64,000 nt of DNA, from contig NC_043021.1 of the NCBI RefSeq assembly GCF_006345805.1, forward strand, positions 4,774,001 through 4,838,000, written 5' to 3'. A model generated the notes under the pieces. The model did not search any database. It was not told the DNA's origin and saw only the letters and a list, made by a program, of their open reading frames with translations. The DNA is from Octopus sinensis (lineage: Eukaryota). A program made the position numbers and the translations under genes. Below, in pieces: positions 27,913-38,229 of the stretch (its first letter is position 1; the number at the start of each line of letters is the position of its first letter).

Positions 27913-29797
27913 CATCATCACCCAAACTTGCATGTGTCACAAGAGAGTATGTTGAACAACAAGCAACTTGAACATAAATGAATAGCACAGGCGCAGGAGT
28001 GGCTGTGTGGTAATTAGCTTGCTTACCAACCACATGTTTCCGGGTTCAGTCCCACTGCGTGGCACCTTGGGCAAATGTCTTCTACTATAGCCTCGGGCCA
28101 ACCAAAGCCTTGTGAGTGGATTTGGTAGACGGAAACTGAAAGAAGCCCGTCGTATATATGTGTATATGTATGTGCATGTATGTTTGTGTGTCTGTGTTTG
28201 TCCCCCTAGCATTGCTTGACAACTGATGCTGGTGTTTTTATGTCCCTGTAACTTAGCGGTTCAGCAAAAGAGACCGATAGAATAAGTACTGGGCTTACAA
28301 AAGAATAAGTCCCGGGGTCGAGTTACTCGATTAAAGGCGGTGCTCCAGCATGGCCACAGTCAAATGACTGAAACAAGTAAAAGAGTAAAAGAGTAAGAGT
28401 ATAGTGTGTGTGTCAGTAAGGTGAGGGTTGGCAACGAGTACACCGAAGAATTCAGGGTAGAGGTAGGAGTCCACCAAGGTTCAGTCCTCAGCCCCCTCCT
28501 ATTTATCATAGTCCTCCAGGCAATAATGGAGGAATTCAAGACAGGATGCCCCTGGGAGCTCCTCTATGCTGATGACCTTGCTCTAATTGCTGAGTCACTA
28601 TCAGAACTAGAGGAGAAGTTTCACGTGTGGAAACAAGGATTAGAATCGAAGGGCCTTAGAGTCAACCTAGCTAAAACCAAAGTCCTCATAAGTAGGAAGG
28701 TAGGCAAACCACAAATCCCTTCAGGTAGATGGCCCTGCACGATCTGTAGTAGAGGCATAGGTAGAAACTCTATAAGATGTACCCAGTGTAAGCTATGGAC
28801 ACATAAGAGGTGCAGTAATATCAAAGGATGGCTAACTGGGAAGATACACACACACACACCTGTTCAATATAGAACAGAGCACTAATTTTGAAGTAGTGAT
28901 ATAAAAGTAGAAGCTAAGTAATTAGTATGGATTATTGTCCTTTTCATTTGCATCAATGCCTAGAACTTTCTACCCACAAAATAAATAGGGCAACGGTATC
29001 CACACAAATTTTCTTTCATGCACTGATTCAAGTTTTGTTAGGCAATTGCAATTAACAATTATACAGGTTAAGATATTTTCACATAAGTTGTAAATGGGAA
29101 CAATGAACTAAAAGTATATGGATAAATGAATAGCAAATGAATAAATAAGGTAGGCTAAAACAAGGTAAAATTAGATGAAATGGAGCACAGGAAATATTTA
29201 TCCTTCATTCATAACACTCTCCACCTACATTTTACATTGATCACCTTTCTGTGTTATCAAATTATTTCTCCTTCATCATCACCACACATCTGTCACTCTC
29301 CTCATACATTATACCTACCTCTCCCTTTCACAGTCTTGCGACCTGTCCAACTACATGTCATCTCTTTATCCTCCTCCTCCTCCTCTTATCTACTGTATCA
29401 TGATTACTATTCTACTTCCCTTCATATTTTCTGTAATTTTAGTAATCTCCCACTCCTCTCTACTCATATGTATCATTGATCCTCTTCACTTATCCACCAT
29501 TCACTACATCCACCCTTCAACTTCATCCAATCTCTAAACATTTGATTCTCTTCCGTTTCTTCCATTGGTGCACGATTCTTCATTGTACACCTCTTTGTTG
29601 TCTATTTATTATATATTTCTATACTTTTTTACTTGTCTAATTCCATGCATTGCTTGTCTTCTCTTTGCCTCATAAATTTACTCATGCTGTTTGCATGCCT
29701 TTTACCTGTCCTTACACCTGTGCTGAATCAACCATACTTTGTTAATCTGCTTTGTGAATTGACTATAACATCTATGTATACACGCACACACACACAA

Positions 29798-29834
<37 letters not shown>

Positions 29835-30257
29835 CACTTTATTCTACCACTGGTATTTGAGTACTCTTTTTTCCACCTTGTTTCACATTTATGCGTTTAC
29901 TCCGGTATATATATATATATATATACATATACATACATATATATACATTCGAAATGTGACTGCGTGTGTATCGTTGCCGATTTTTTTTTCCCTCTGTCTT
30001 CCCTTCTCTGGATCTTTCCTTCTCCTATGTTTCCGACAAAGAGCTCCGCTCGAAACGTTAAACCCTCCTTCTTTCCTTCCTTCCTGAGCGTCCAATAATA
30101 CTTTATTTGTTCCACGTCCTCGCGTTGTTGTGTTTTTTTTTGTGCTTTCATGTTTGGATTAACTTTATATATATATATATATACAGTTGGTTTTGTTTCT
30201 TTTTCAGGAGAATTCCAACTTGAGAAAATTCTGCAATCTACTTATTTCTTCAGCTGA
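640..30257 (+). CDS. POLRMT: Mitochondrial DNA-directed RNA polymerase, 3' part of gene (20 coding exons in window; 5' exons lie upstream of the window)
   Basis: Manual splicing gives an open 671-aa frame with DFRGRTYP, motif [11 protein letters not shown], motif [25 protein letters not shown], motif C VHDCFW and terminal STYFFS*. All introns are GT-AG with matching phases. Confidence 0.97.
782..1222. mobile_element. hAT-like MITE containing a nested TTAA MITE
   Basis: Ends cagtggttcttaac / ggttgagaacctctg; no clear TSD. Confidence 0.55.
913..1141. mobile_element. piggyBac-like MITE (TTAA-CCCT ... AGGG-TTAA)
   Basis: TTAA flanks and short TIRs. Other copies: 2523-2751, 3171-3532 (with family C insert), 36729-36955, 39504-39732 (inserted at TTAA of an RTE ORF), 46957-47381 (inverted pair). 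Confidence 0.82.
1486..1779 (+). mobile_element. Short 3'-end copy (family C) of the RTE LINE, (GAT)n tail
   Basis: Matches the 3' UTR at 55530-55990. About 20 further copies, e.g. 3369-3520, 5209-5448, 6700-6951, 9686-9990, 14020-14232(-), 20648-20990(-), 21556-22450, 23060-23235, 27170-27405(-), 32256-32645, 37976-38229, 38759-39085(-), 45850-46092, 53222-53605(-). Confidence 0.85.
2945..3021 (+). CDS. POLRMT: POLRMT window exon 2 ([25 protein letters not shown])
   Basis: ctttcag acceptor, gtatgt donor, phase 0/2. Confidence 0.88.
3706..3897 (-). mobile_element. CR1-like LINE extreme 3' end
   Basis: Minus-strand [30 protein letters not shown]; other copies at ~18985-19115(+) and 25570-25712(-). 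Confidence 0.72.
4021..4090 (+). CDS. POLRMT: POLRMT window exon 3 ([24 protein letters not shown])
   Basis: ttttccag acceptor, gtttgt donor, phase 2/0. Confidence 0.88.
4725..5208. repeat. Tandem repeat, three ~161-bp C-rich units
   Basis: Unit starts at about 4725, 4886 and 5048. Confidence 0.92.
5485..5852 (-). mobile_element. Non-autonomous Helitron-like element
   Basis: Minus strand begins TC and ends with a GC hairpin (gcactatgaccc..gggtcatagtgc) plus CTAG; second copy at 11117-11484. Confidence 0.75.
7100..8205 (+). repeat. Tandem array of six ~174-bp SINE-B body units behind one head
   Basis: Unit starts at about 7157, 7331, 7506, 7681, 7855 and 8028. Confidence 0.93.
8226..8361 (+). 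CDS. POLRMT: POLRMT window exon 4 (PHPKTMKIF...[11 protein letters not shown]...LLAT)
   Basis: cattcag acceptor, gtgagt donor, phase 0/1; PMLxPPxPW motif. Confidence 0.95.
8682..8990 (-). mobile_element. RTE-1/BovB-like LINE 3' end with (GATA)n tail
   Basis: Open frame [10 protein letters not shown]...SLEKDIMLG...[11 protein letters not shown]...DRTDWR. Confidence 0.85.
9362..9501 (+). CDS. POLRMT: POLRMT window exon 5 (TKLVRL...[17 protein letters not shown])
   Basis: ttccacag acceptor, gtaagt donor, phase 1/0. Confidence 0.95.
10111..10211 (+). CDS. POLRMT: POLRMT window exon 6 ([33 protein letters not shown])
   Basis: tacttcag acceptor, gtaaat donor, phase 0/2. Confidence 0.93.
10377..10686 (+). 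mobile_element. 3' end of a second RTE-clade LINE family
   Basis: [11 protein letters not shown]...DREVWR then (TGA)n; other copies at ~24895-25090(-) and 42455-42790(-). Confidence 0.82.
11515..11635 (+). CDS. POLRMT: POLRMT window exon 7 (SDMTVQQ...[18 protein letters not shown])
   Basis: ttgttatag acceptor, gtaagt donor, phase 2/0. Confidence 0.95.
11689..12170 (+). repeat. SINE-B body tandem, about 3 units (first truncated)
   Basis: Repeated gtcgactttgcctttcatcc...ccccttgtg units. Confidence 0.88.
12232..12316 (+). CDS. POLRMT: POLRMT window exon 8 ([28 protein letters not shown])
   Basis: ttttcag acceptor, gtaagt donor, phase 0/1; DFRGRxYP motif. Confidence 0.97.
14395..14506 (+). CDS. 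POLRMT: POLRMT window exon 9 ([37 protein letters not shown])
   Basis: gttccag acceptor, gtaagg donor, phase 1/2. Confidence 0.97.
14852..14930 (+). CDS. POLRMT: POLRMT window exon 10 ([27 protein letters not shown])
   Basis: tgtgttag acceptor, gtaaat donor, phase 2/0. Confidence 0.95.
15367..15489 (+). CDS. POLRMT: POLRMT window exon 11 ([18 protein letters not shown]...HLPVHQ)
   Basis: ctgtcag acceptor, gtatag donor, phase 0/0. Confidence 0.97.
15883..16113 (+). mobile_element. tRNA-derived SINE family B, full monomer
   Basis: Head ggcggcgagctggcagaaacg, B-box agttcaaattcc, 15-bp TSD atatattgaagtggt (15868-15882 / 16114-16128). Other monomers: ~19337-19525(+), 19870-20089(-), 34603-34832(-), 35631-35864(-, TSD tatacattacc). 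Confidence 0.88.
17409..17531 (+). CDS. POLRMT: POLRMT window exon 12, catalytic motif A ([16 protein letters not shown]...DVYSDICEL)
   Basis: ttctttag acceptor, gtaagg donor, phase 0/0. Confidence 0.98.
17655..18255 (+). repeat. SINE-B head plus three bodies
   Basis: Junction aagaaatag|gtatttcgtctg at about 17888 and 18071. Confidence 0.88.
18601..18678 (+). CDS. POLRMT: POLRMT window exon 13 ([26 protein letters not shown])
   Basis: ttccacag acceptor, gtaagt donor, phase 0/0. Confidence 0.95.
20350..20538 (+). CDS. POLRMT: POLRMT window exon 14, O-helix motif B ([17 protein letters not shown]...[10 protein letters not shown])
   Basis: tacacag acceptor (weak pyrimidine tract), gtgaga donor, phase 0/0. 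Confidence 0.96.
21285..21442 (+). CDS. POLRMT: POLRMT window exon 15 ([10 protein letters not shown]...[13 protein letters not shown]...STF)
   Basis: cttccag acceptor, gtgagg donor, phase 0/2. Confidence 0.95.
23445..23543 (+). CDS. POLRMT: POLRMT window exon 16 ([33 protein letters not shown])
   Basis: ttttccag acceptor, gttggt donor, phase 2/2. Confidence 0.97.
23890..24365 (-). mobile_element. CR1/L2-like LINE 3' remnant
   Basis: [15 protein letters not shown]...IICVMWKI. Confidence 0.7.
24390..24730 (+). mobile_element. Possible Helentron/HINE-like non-autonomous element
   Basis: Terminal hairpin aacctcc...ggcggaggt of the type seen in such elements. Confidence 0.4.
25962..26034 (+). 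CDS. POLRMT: POLRMT window exon 17, catalytic motif C ([25 protein letters not shown])
   Basis: ttttcag acceptor, gtaaag donor, phase 2/0. Confidence 0.97.
26345..26526 (+). mobile_element. Penelope-like pseudo-LTR fragment (family D) with hammerhead-like motif, in (TA)n
   Basis: Motif at 26400-26434. Other copies: 29950-30164, 45436-45640, split copy 53605-53672 + 53907-54035. Confidence 0.65.
26561..26652 (+). CDS. POLRMT: POLRMT window exon 18 ([30 protein letters not shown])
   Basis: tatgtgtag acceptor, gtaagt donor, phase 0/2. Confidence 0.95.
27053..27120 (+). CDS. POLRMT: POLRMT window exon 19 ([23 protein letters not shown])
   Basis: cttacag acceptor, gtcagt donor, phase 2/1. Confidence 0.88.
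28405..28846 (+). mobile_element. Internal RTE RT fragment
   Basis: ORF 28406-28885: [29 protein letters not shown]. Confidence 0.9.
30208..30257 (+). CDS. POLRMT: POLRMT last coding exon ([16 protein letters not shown])
   Basis: ttttcag acceptor, phase 1, conserved C-terminal STYFFS then TGA. Confidence 0.97.
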
Positions 30258-30369
30258 ACATGGAATTTTGAAGATAGATTCCTTAAACTGTTTTCTTCTA
30301 TGAATATTGGAAATGGTGGAAGATGCTGACAACCACTAATCAAAAGCTCTGTATTTATGCACTCACTCA

Positions 30370-30402
<33 letters not shown>

Positions 30403-30488
30403 ATGTTTCTGTTTTGTAAAAAAATGAAGTTTTTTCCATTATTTGGACTGCTGTGATATTTGATAAAATATATAAGATACTAAACTAG

Positions 30489-30571
30489 AATAAAAAAAAA
30501 AACCAGATTCTTTTATGAGAATAAAAGAACAAAAATTTTCAGTCTGGCTGTGAATAATATTGTGGAATAAA
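30489..30571 (+). terminator. Candidate POLRMT polyadenylation signals
   Basis: AATAAA at 30489, 30520 and 30566; the last is followed by a U/GU-rich tract. Confidence 0.55.
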
Positions 30572-31048
30572 ACATATTTTTGTGTTGATGGGTGGAAGGT
30601 AGGGTATAAAAGGGATAAGGTTTGGAAGGGGTGCTGTAATGAAACGAAAGAAGTTAGATCCAGGAGAGAAAAAGAATTATCTGTTTGTGATATAATTTCA
30701 ACATGGTATGATTGTTAAACAAATACCGTGTGTGTGTGTGTGTGTTAGCAGTGCATTAAGATTCTTGTACAGGTGCTATTTGGTATTACAGCAGAGCATG
30801 TCCTCTCGTATGTGTGTGTGTGTGTGCATATGCACAGGTAAACAAGCATGCATATACTCATTCATATATCACAGGTCTGCTAGTTCAGAACTGACTTAAT
30901 GATATCAAAGAACATTCTACCACATTAACCAACATGGGGACTCTTTGCAGACTTTTACTCTGCTTGAAATAATAACCAAATCTCACTAATATTGTGCTAT
31001 GCTACCTCGAAAATTGATGTATACATTGACTAATGTGTCCTTATAAAT

Positions 31049-31255
31049 CAGGGGTGGGCGAACTTTTTTGATTGCGGGCCGCACAGTGCGTCTTTGGAAC
31101 CTTGGTGGGCCTCATTTATAAAAATCAAGTGAAAATATTTTTAAAGGCGGTTATAGACCTATAAACACACAATTGATTGAAAGGAAATTTTGTGAAATAT
31201 TCCTCTCGGCGGGCCACATGAAAACCTATCGCGGGCCGTAGTTCGCCCACCCCTG
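31049..31255. mobile_element. hAT-type MITE
   Basis: TIRs caggggtgggcgaact / agttcgcccacccctg; perfect 8-bp TSD ttataaat. Confidence 0.9.
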
Positions 31256-31789
31256 TTATAAATAGTAGACTCAGTGTGTCTAAAAAGATGGGATAATTGT
31301 GGCTGGAAGTTTGTCATCAAAGATTTGCTTGCTTACAGCAATGAGAATGATGACATTGATAATGTGGAGAATTTTCTGTTCTTGTAGGCAAAATTATGAA
31401 AATATTTTGTTTATATTTTAAACTTTAGATTGGTCTCAGACTGAAATAATGAGTTAAAAACAGAATTTTATAAAATGAATGAAGGCAATATTTAAAAAAT
31501 TTTCTTTGTGTCAGCGAAAAGTACTGCATTAAATTCAATGTCCAATATACACATGGACATGCACAAAATGAAGCAGTGTGTGTGTTTGTGTGTATAGAAA
31601 CTGAAAATTTCATTAAATTAGACAGCAGGGTAACTGAGACTATGAATGGTCAGTACATATATGGTCATTCATAGGAAAAAGACTAAGATTTCAGAGAAAA
31701 AGTGCAAGAAAAGAAGGGAAATTTTTCTGTCTCAATAAACACGAACTCTACATTACATATTGTCTACTTTCTTTCCTCTGTGTTTGAAA

Positions 31790-32875
31790 AACAAGACCAC
31801 TTTCATCAGTTTTCCTTGATGTTTGATCCTAGAAGACTTTCACAACTCTTCAACATGTTGGCTTTGTAGCCTCCATTGATGGTATGGCCCCTTTTGAAAA
31901 TAGTCAATAAGCACAATTCCTTTTGCATCCCCCAAAAAACTGATGCTATCCCTGCCAATGAAACAACCTTGGCCTTTGAAGCAGATGAAGAGGTGTTTTT
32001 TCTCTGTATGGATTATCTCTTTGTCACTGGCTCAAGGTGATGAAACAACACTCATTCAGGGTTAGGAAACATTAAAGGAAACCAGCTGGATCTGCCTAAA
32101 ACAATGTCAGATTTTCCCGTGATCTGACCAGCCTAGCATGCTTTTGATCAGGTCTCAGATGTGGCAGCCACTGAGCAGAAACCTTCATCACACCAACTTC
32201 ATTGTGCAAAATATTTTCAACTCTCTCACAGGATGTGATAATAACATTGGCTTGCCAGTGCCGCCCCGACTGGCCTCCGTGCCGGTGGCATGTAAAAAAC
32301 ACCATCCGATCGTGGCCGTTGCCAGCCTTGCCTGGCCTCCATGCCGGTGGCATGTAAAAAGCACCATCCGATCGTGGCCGTTGCCAGCCTTGCCTGGCCT
32401 CCATGCCGGTGGCACGTAAAAAGCACCATCTGATCATGGCCGTTGCCAGCCTCATCTGGCCCCTGTGCCAGTGGCACGTAAAAAGTACCCACTACACACA
32501 CGGAGTGGTTGGTGTTAGGAAGGGCATCCAGCCGTAGAAACACTGCCAGATCAGACTGGGCCTGGTGCAGCCTTCTGGCTTCACAGACCCCAGTTGAACT
32601 GTCCAACCCATGCTAGCATGAAAGCGGACGCTAAACGATGATGATGTTGTCATCCATCACCATATGGTGAACACAATATCTTCCTTGGTGGTGGCAACTG
32701 CAAGACGTCCAGCTCTTTGGGTGATCTTTAAGACACTCCCTTCACTCCTAAATTTAGATGCCCACTTTTGCACTGCTGATAAAGCTGGAGCATCATCCCC
32801 TAATGTAGTAAGTATGTCAGCATGAATGTCATTAGGGTTAAACCGTTTTCTACAGGCACTTGATGACATCATGAT
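31790..32875 (-). pseudogene. Mariner transposase remnant interrupted by a family C copy
   Basis: DIHADILTTLGDDAPALSAVQKW at 32657-32872; KAKVVS..ASVFW-like sequence near 31940-31980, with stops and frameshifts. Confidence 0.82.
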
Positions 32876-33601
32876 GCCAAATTTTGTCCATTCTCAAGAG
32901 AAGTTGCTACTAGTTACTTCTGAAGTCTTTGAACAGTCAGATGCCAGTTGAACTCTGCAAAATTTCTCCCAGGGCTCAAATCCTATCATGGTCAACTCTA
33001 CCTTTCATTCTTGATAAAGCAAGTACCAGTCTAATACTGGTGTTCAGTAATTCAACTTGTCCACTATTTCCAAGGGTGACAGAATTGATAGTGTCAGATA
33101 AAATATTTTTGGGGGTCGAGTTACATCCTTTTGCATCCCAAGTTCAAACCCTAGTTTTCACCCTTCTTGGTTGGTAAGAAGTCAGTTAAATAAAATAGCA
33201 GTTAAGTATTGGGCTTGGCTAAATCAACCATGCCCCTCCCTCCTTCCAGATTTGTAGTCTTGTCTAAATTATAGATGTAATTACTATCATTAATATTTCA
33301 TTACCCAATTATAGGTTATAATTACTATCATTATTATTATTTTCTGTCCCAATTACTATCATTAATATTTGCCAGGACTGAAACAGTATTTCAATTCATT
33401 TGTGATACATTCTTGTAAAAAATATATATAAATAATGCAGTTTTTCCAATTGCATAAACTAAAAGTTGGAGCAGGGATGGGATAAACTACCTGCATCAAC
33501 TTGCTGTAAAAGCAGGTAGTAATTTTACTTTGATATTATTCTTAGTGCCAGTTTTGAAGAGTGCAGTTCGATTTTAACAATTATTTTTTTTCCAAACTAT
33601 A

Positions 33602-34600
33602 ATGGAAGTGACAAAGGAGCATATTTTGCTTTATGAGTTCAATAAAGGCAACAAGACAACGGAAAGCGTGAGGAGTATTAATGCAGTATATGGGGATCGG
33701 ACAATAAGCATAAGCCAGTGTCAGTGGTGGTTCCAGAACTTCTGAGCTGGAAACAACAGCCTAGAAAATGAGCCTTGCCCTGGAAGGAGTATTAATGCAG
33801 TATATGGGGATCGGACAATAAGCATAAGCCAGTGTCAGTGGTGGTTCCAGAACTTCTGAGCTGGAAACAACAGCCTAGAAAATGAGCCTTGCCCTGGAAG
33901 CTCAATGAGAACGACCTGCAAACCCTGGTGGAACAAAATCTCATCATAACTCAGGCGCAGGAGTGGCTGTGTGGTAAGTAGCTTGCTAACCAACCACATG
34001 GTTCCGGGTTCAATCCCACTGCGTGGCATCTTGGGCAAGTGTCTTCTGCTATAGCCCCGGGCTGACCAATGCCTTGTGAGTGGATTTGGTAGACGGAAAC
34101 TGAAAGAAGCCCGTCGTACATATGTATGTATATATATGTATGTGTGTGTATGCATTTGTGTGTCTGTGTTTGTCCCCCTAGCATTGCTTGACAACCGATG
34201 CTGGTGTGTTTACGTCCCCGTCACTTAGCGGTTCGGCAAAAAGAGACTGATAGAATAAGTACTGGGCTTACAAAGAATAAGTCCCGGGGTTGCTTTGCTT
34301 GACTAAAGGCGGTGCTCCAGCATGGCTGCAGTCAAATGACTGAAACAAGTAAAAGAGTAAGAGTATAACTGTTGAGGAACTAGCAGAGAACCATTCATCG
34401 ACACCTGTGTGCCAATGGAAAATGACCATCTTTGGTTTCAAGACAAAAGGTGTTCTTCCATCAGGATAATGCTTGGCCACATACAGCAAGGATAACATTC
34501 CAAAGACTGGAGCAGTTTGAATGGGAAACAGTGCCCCACCCACCATATTCACCAGACATTGCCCTATCTGATTATCATTTATTCCACAGTCTTCAGAATC
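33602..34600 (+). pseudogene. Second mariner transposase remnant, internally deleted, with a 114-bp tandem duplication and SINE-A insertion
   Basis: MEVTKEHILLYEFNKG...; FHQDNAWPH, PHPPYSPDIALSDYHLF; duplication 33671-33784 / 33785-33898. Confidence 0.87.
33952..34364 (+). mobile_element. SINE family A full copy inserted in a mariner remnant
   Basis: 6-bp TSD ATAACT at 33946-33951 and 34365-34370. Confidence 0.88.
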
Positions 34601-36281
34601 ATATTTCTTTACTGCCCACAAGGGGCTAAACATAGAGGGGACAAACAAGGACAGACAAAGGGATTAAGTCGATTACATCGACCCAGTGTGTAACTGGTAC
34701 TTAATTTATCGACCCCGGAAGGATGAAAGGCAAAGTTGACCTCGGCGGAATTTGAACTCAGAACGTAGCGGCAGACGAAATACCGCTAAGCATTTCACTT
34801 GGTGTGCTAACGTTTCTGCCAGCTCACTGCCTTCAGAATTATATATACCTCTTAGTTGAGGGGGGGGGGTCTTGTCTTGCAAGTTACTTGGTGACCTTGC
34901 TAGTGTTTGCACCACATACGAAGTCCTTAAAATACTCTTTGAAGTGGTTGGCATTAGGAAGGGCATCTGGTCATAGAATCTGTGCCAAAGCAGACAGTAG
35001 CACTTGGTGCAGTCCTCTGGCTTATCAGCCCCTGTCAACCCTTCCAACCTATGCCAGCAGAGAAAACAGGCAGTAAATGATGATGACGAGGATGCACTGC
35101 CATAACCCCATTTCTCAGTATTTCCGGTCGTTATTGCTGTTATTTAGCACCAGGCTATCTTTAATTGAGCCAACTCTATAATCAAGGCATTCCAGCTATA
35201 GTCATCTAGGGCAGCGTTATCTAATGTGTTAAGATACGTTAGATAGAAGTAATTTGAGAGATTTGCTTGTCATTTCTGGTGGTTGAGCAACTATGTATGG
35301 CTTCTCTTGTCTTGTGATATTGTTAAACTACGAGTCATCCCATATTGAGCAGATCAGTGGTCAAAGGCATCTCTGCTGTGACCACCATGCTTTTTTCTAA
35401 AATTCCAGCTGTGTTTATCTGGGACTAAAGTATCCCAATGTGTCTTTGTCTTTATAAAAACAGTAGTATAGTGTGATTGGAGGGAGTTTTAGTTGCTGTT
35501 TCTAATGGCCTGAATGGTCATGTAGTAGCTCTTGATTTTATTGTAGATATAGGATAACGATAGTATAAAATTTGATCTAGTGAGAGATTCTAAAAATAGC
35601 AGCCAAGTCACCCTCAAATTATACATTACCTATTTCTTTACTACCCACAAGGGGGCTGAACATAGAGGGGACAAACAAGGACAGACAAAGGTATTAAGTC
35701 GATTACATCGACCCCAGTGCGTAACTGGTGCTTAATTTATCGGCCCCGAAAGGCTGAAAGGCAAAGTCGACTTCGGCGGAATTTGAACTCAGAACGTAAC
35801 GGCAGACAAAATACGGCTACGCATTTCGCCCGGCGTGCTAACGTTTCTGCCAGCTTGCCGCCTTATATATACATTACCATCTGAACTAAAAGAAAGTATA
35901 TTTTGGATGATGAAGTCCATAATATATGGAAACACAGGATGGTCATAGCAAAACTACTTTTTATCATTGGTCTACTGGATTAGAATTGACCTAGTGTTAA
36001 ACAAAAACAAGTACAACATTATTCTTATGCTAAGAATGCATTATTATTGTAGAACAGTAGAGAATATATATATATACAGGATGTGACTCTTAATGAGCAA
36101 AGATATTTCCCCGAGTGCTGTTTCCTAGTATTTCACTTGTGTTTCCACTTAACATATTTTCTTTGATTCATTTATTACTTCATTCATTCTTCCATCTATT
36201 CGTTCCTCCATCCATCCATCCATCCATCAATTCATTCATTTCTCCATTCCTTCCATCCCTGAGCTCTCGTTGATTCAGAAT

Positions 36282-36671
36282 GGAAGCACTCCGTCATTGG
36301 TTATGACAACGAGGGTTCCGGTTGATCCGAATCAACGGAACAGCCTGCTCGTGAAATTAACGTGTAAGTGGCTGAGCACTCCACAGACACGTGTATACCC
36401 TTAACGTAGTTCTCGGGGATATTCAGCGTGACACAGAGAGTGACAAGGCCGGCCCTTTGAAATACAGGTACAACAGAAACAGGAAGTAAGAGTGAGAGAA
36501 AGTTGTGGTGAAAGAGTACAGCAGGGATCACCACCATCCCCTGCCGGAGCCTCGTGGAGCTTTAAGGTGTTTTCGCTCAATAAACACTCACAACGCCCGG
36601 TCTGGGAATCGAAACCGCAATCCTATGACCGCAAGTCCGCTGTCCTAACCACTTTGCCATTGCGCCTCCAC
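36282..36671 (-). mobile_element. tRNA-derived SINE family F
   Basis: Minus-strand tRNA-like head with A/B boxes; 11-bp TSD tgattcagaat. Confidence 0.87.
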
Positions 36672-38229
36672 TGATTCAGAATACTATTCATTTAATTATT
36701 TCTTTCAATTTTCATTCTAATTATTGTCTTAACCCTTTAGCGTTTAAACTGGCCACATCCGGCCCAGATATTCTATATGTTTTATATTCAAAGTGGTGAT
36801 ATCTAGCCTTTCACACCTAACCTACATTGACGTTCTAAAAACGAACAATCACATCATTGAAACCTCAAAGCTGTAAGATGATCCAGGATTAATTCAAAAC
36901 AATTTGAGTGAAAAGATATTACATTTAACAGAGTAATTTGAATACTAAAGGGTTATTGTATATTCTACTGATGTTGTTTTGGCAGAGGAGATCAGTCATA
37001 GGCAAAATGAGTCTTTGTAGAGACAAGTCATTAATGAGATAAGTTATTGATAAAGCAAGTTAAAATGTAGACAATTTATTGGCAACTTATCAATGAGACG
37101 AGTTATTGGTAAGACATGGCATCAGTCAACCAAGCTGGAATCATTATTGTTGAGACAAGTCATTAGGATGCCAAGTCATCAGTCTGATAAGTCAATTGTT
37201 GGTCAAACTGCACTTCCTTGTCACCATGATCCTGTGACATCTCATCGTGATTTACGGCCCAACGTTTCCAAGATCAAGACACATCACTGCCAGTTCTTTC
37301 TAAACTCCCCTTAAGTCTTTCTCTGCCAGAAAAGTAACTTTTATTCTTATCTTGCAGCTTTTCACCCACCCAGAATACATCATATATATATAGGGTGTAA
37401 ATCTATTGCATAGCAGAGATGCACATGATTTGTAATTAAGTGTTGTAGTGGTGTGTATGCTTTGCTAATCATCCTTGTAATGTTTTAAAGTAGCTGACAT
37501 GCTGATAATGTGTCATTTGGTTTGAGACCCAGAAACTCGAGATCTGAGTCCCCAACTCCTCTTGCTTCCCATGGATTCCTCAATGTTCAACAGACATAAA
37601 CATTCCTTTGTTCTGTAGAAGACTTTTCCCCAACACCCTCACCGTACAAGACACATATCTGTCCCAGTACAGTCATTCGTCCTACATACGTCAGCTGATG
37701 CTTTAAAACTGCCAGTCACTCTCTCAGCACACTTATGTTCCAACTTTTGTGTAGGTTAACAATGCACAACCAACAGATAATACTTAGACTATTTCTCTCC
37801 AACCTTCACAGATCTTCCACATTCAATACCACATGTCTACACTACCATGTAGGTTAGTTAACATTACACATCCAACAGATCATGCCCGCTTCATTTCTCC
37901 CCATTTGATACTTCCAGATCATTCTCTAATAGGGTTTCACCTATCTCAGCTCTTGACAGCACCAAGACATAATTACTATGGCACGTAAAAAGCACCATCC
38001 GATTGTGGCCGTTGCCAGCCTCGTCTGGCCCCCGTGCCGGTAGCACGTAAAAAGCACCCACTACATTCAATGAGTGGTTGGCGTTAGGAAGGGCATCCAG
38101 CTGTAGAAACATTGCCAGATCAGACTGGGCCTGGTGCAGCCTTCTGGCTTCCCAGACCCCAGTTGAACCGTCCAACCCATGCTAGCATGGAAAGCGGATG
38201 CTAAACGAAGATGATGATGATGATGATGA

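Noticed and set aside
34432-34629. SETMAR-like domesticated transposase
   Set aside because: Internally deleted, contains stops and a SINE insertion, and has no SET exons; a decayed mariner.
36600-36671. tRNA-like sequence with A and B boxes (also ~47930-47999)
   Set aside because: It is the head of SINE family F, continuous with the SINE body and flanked by TSDs; not a tRNA gene.
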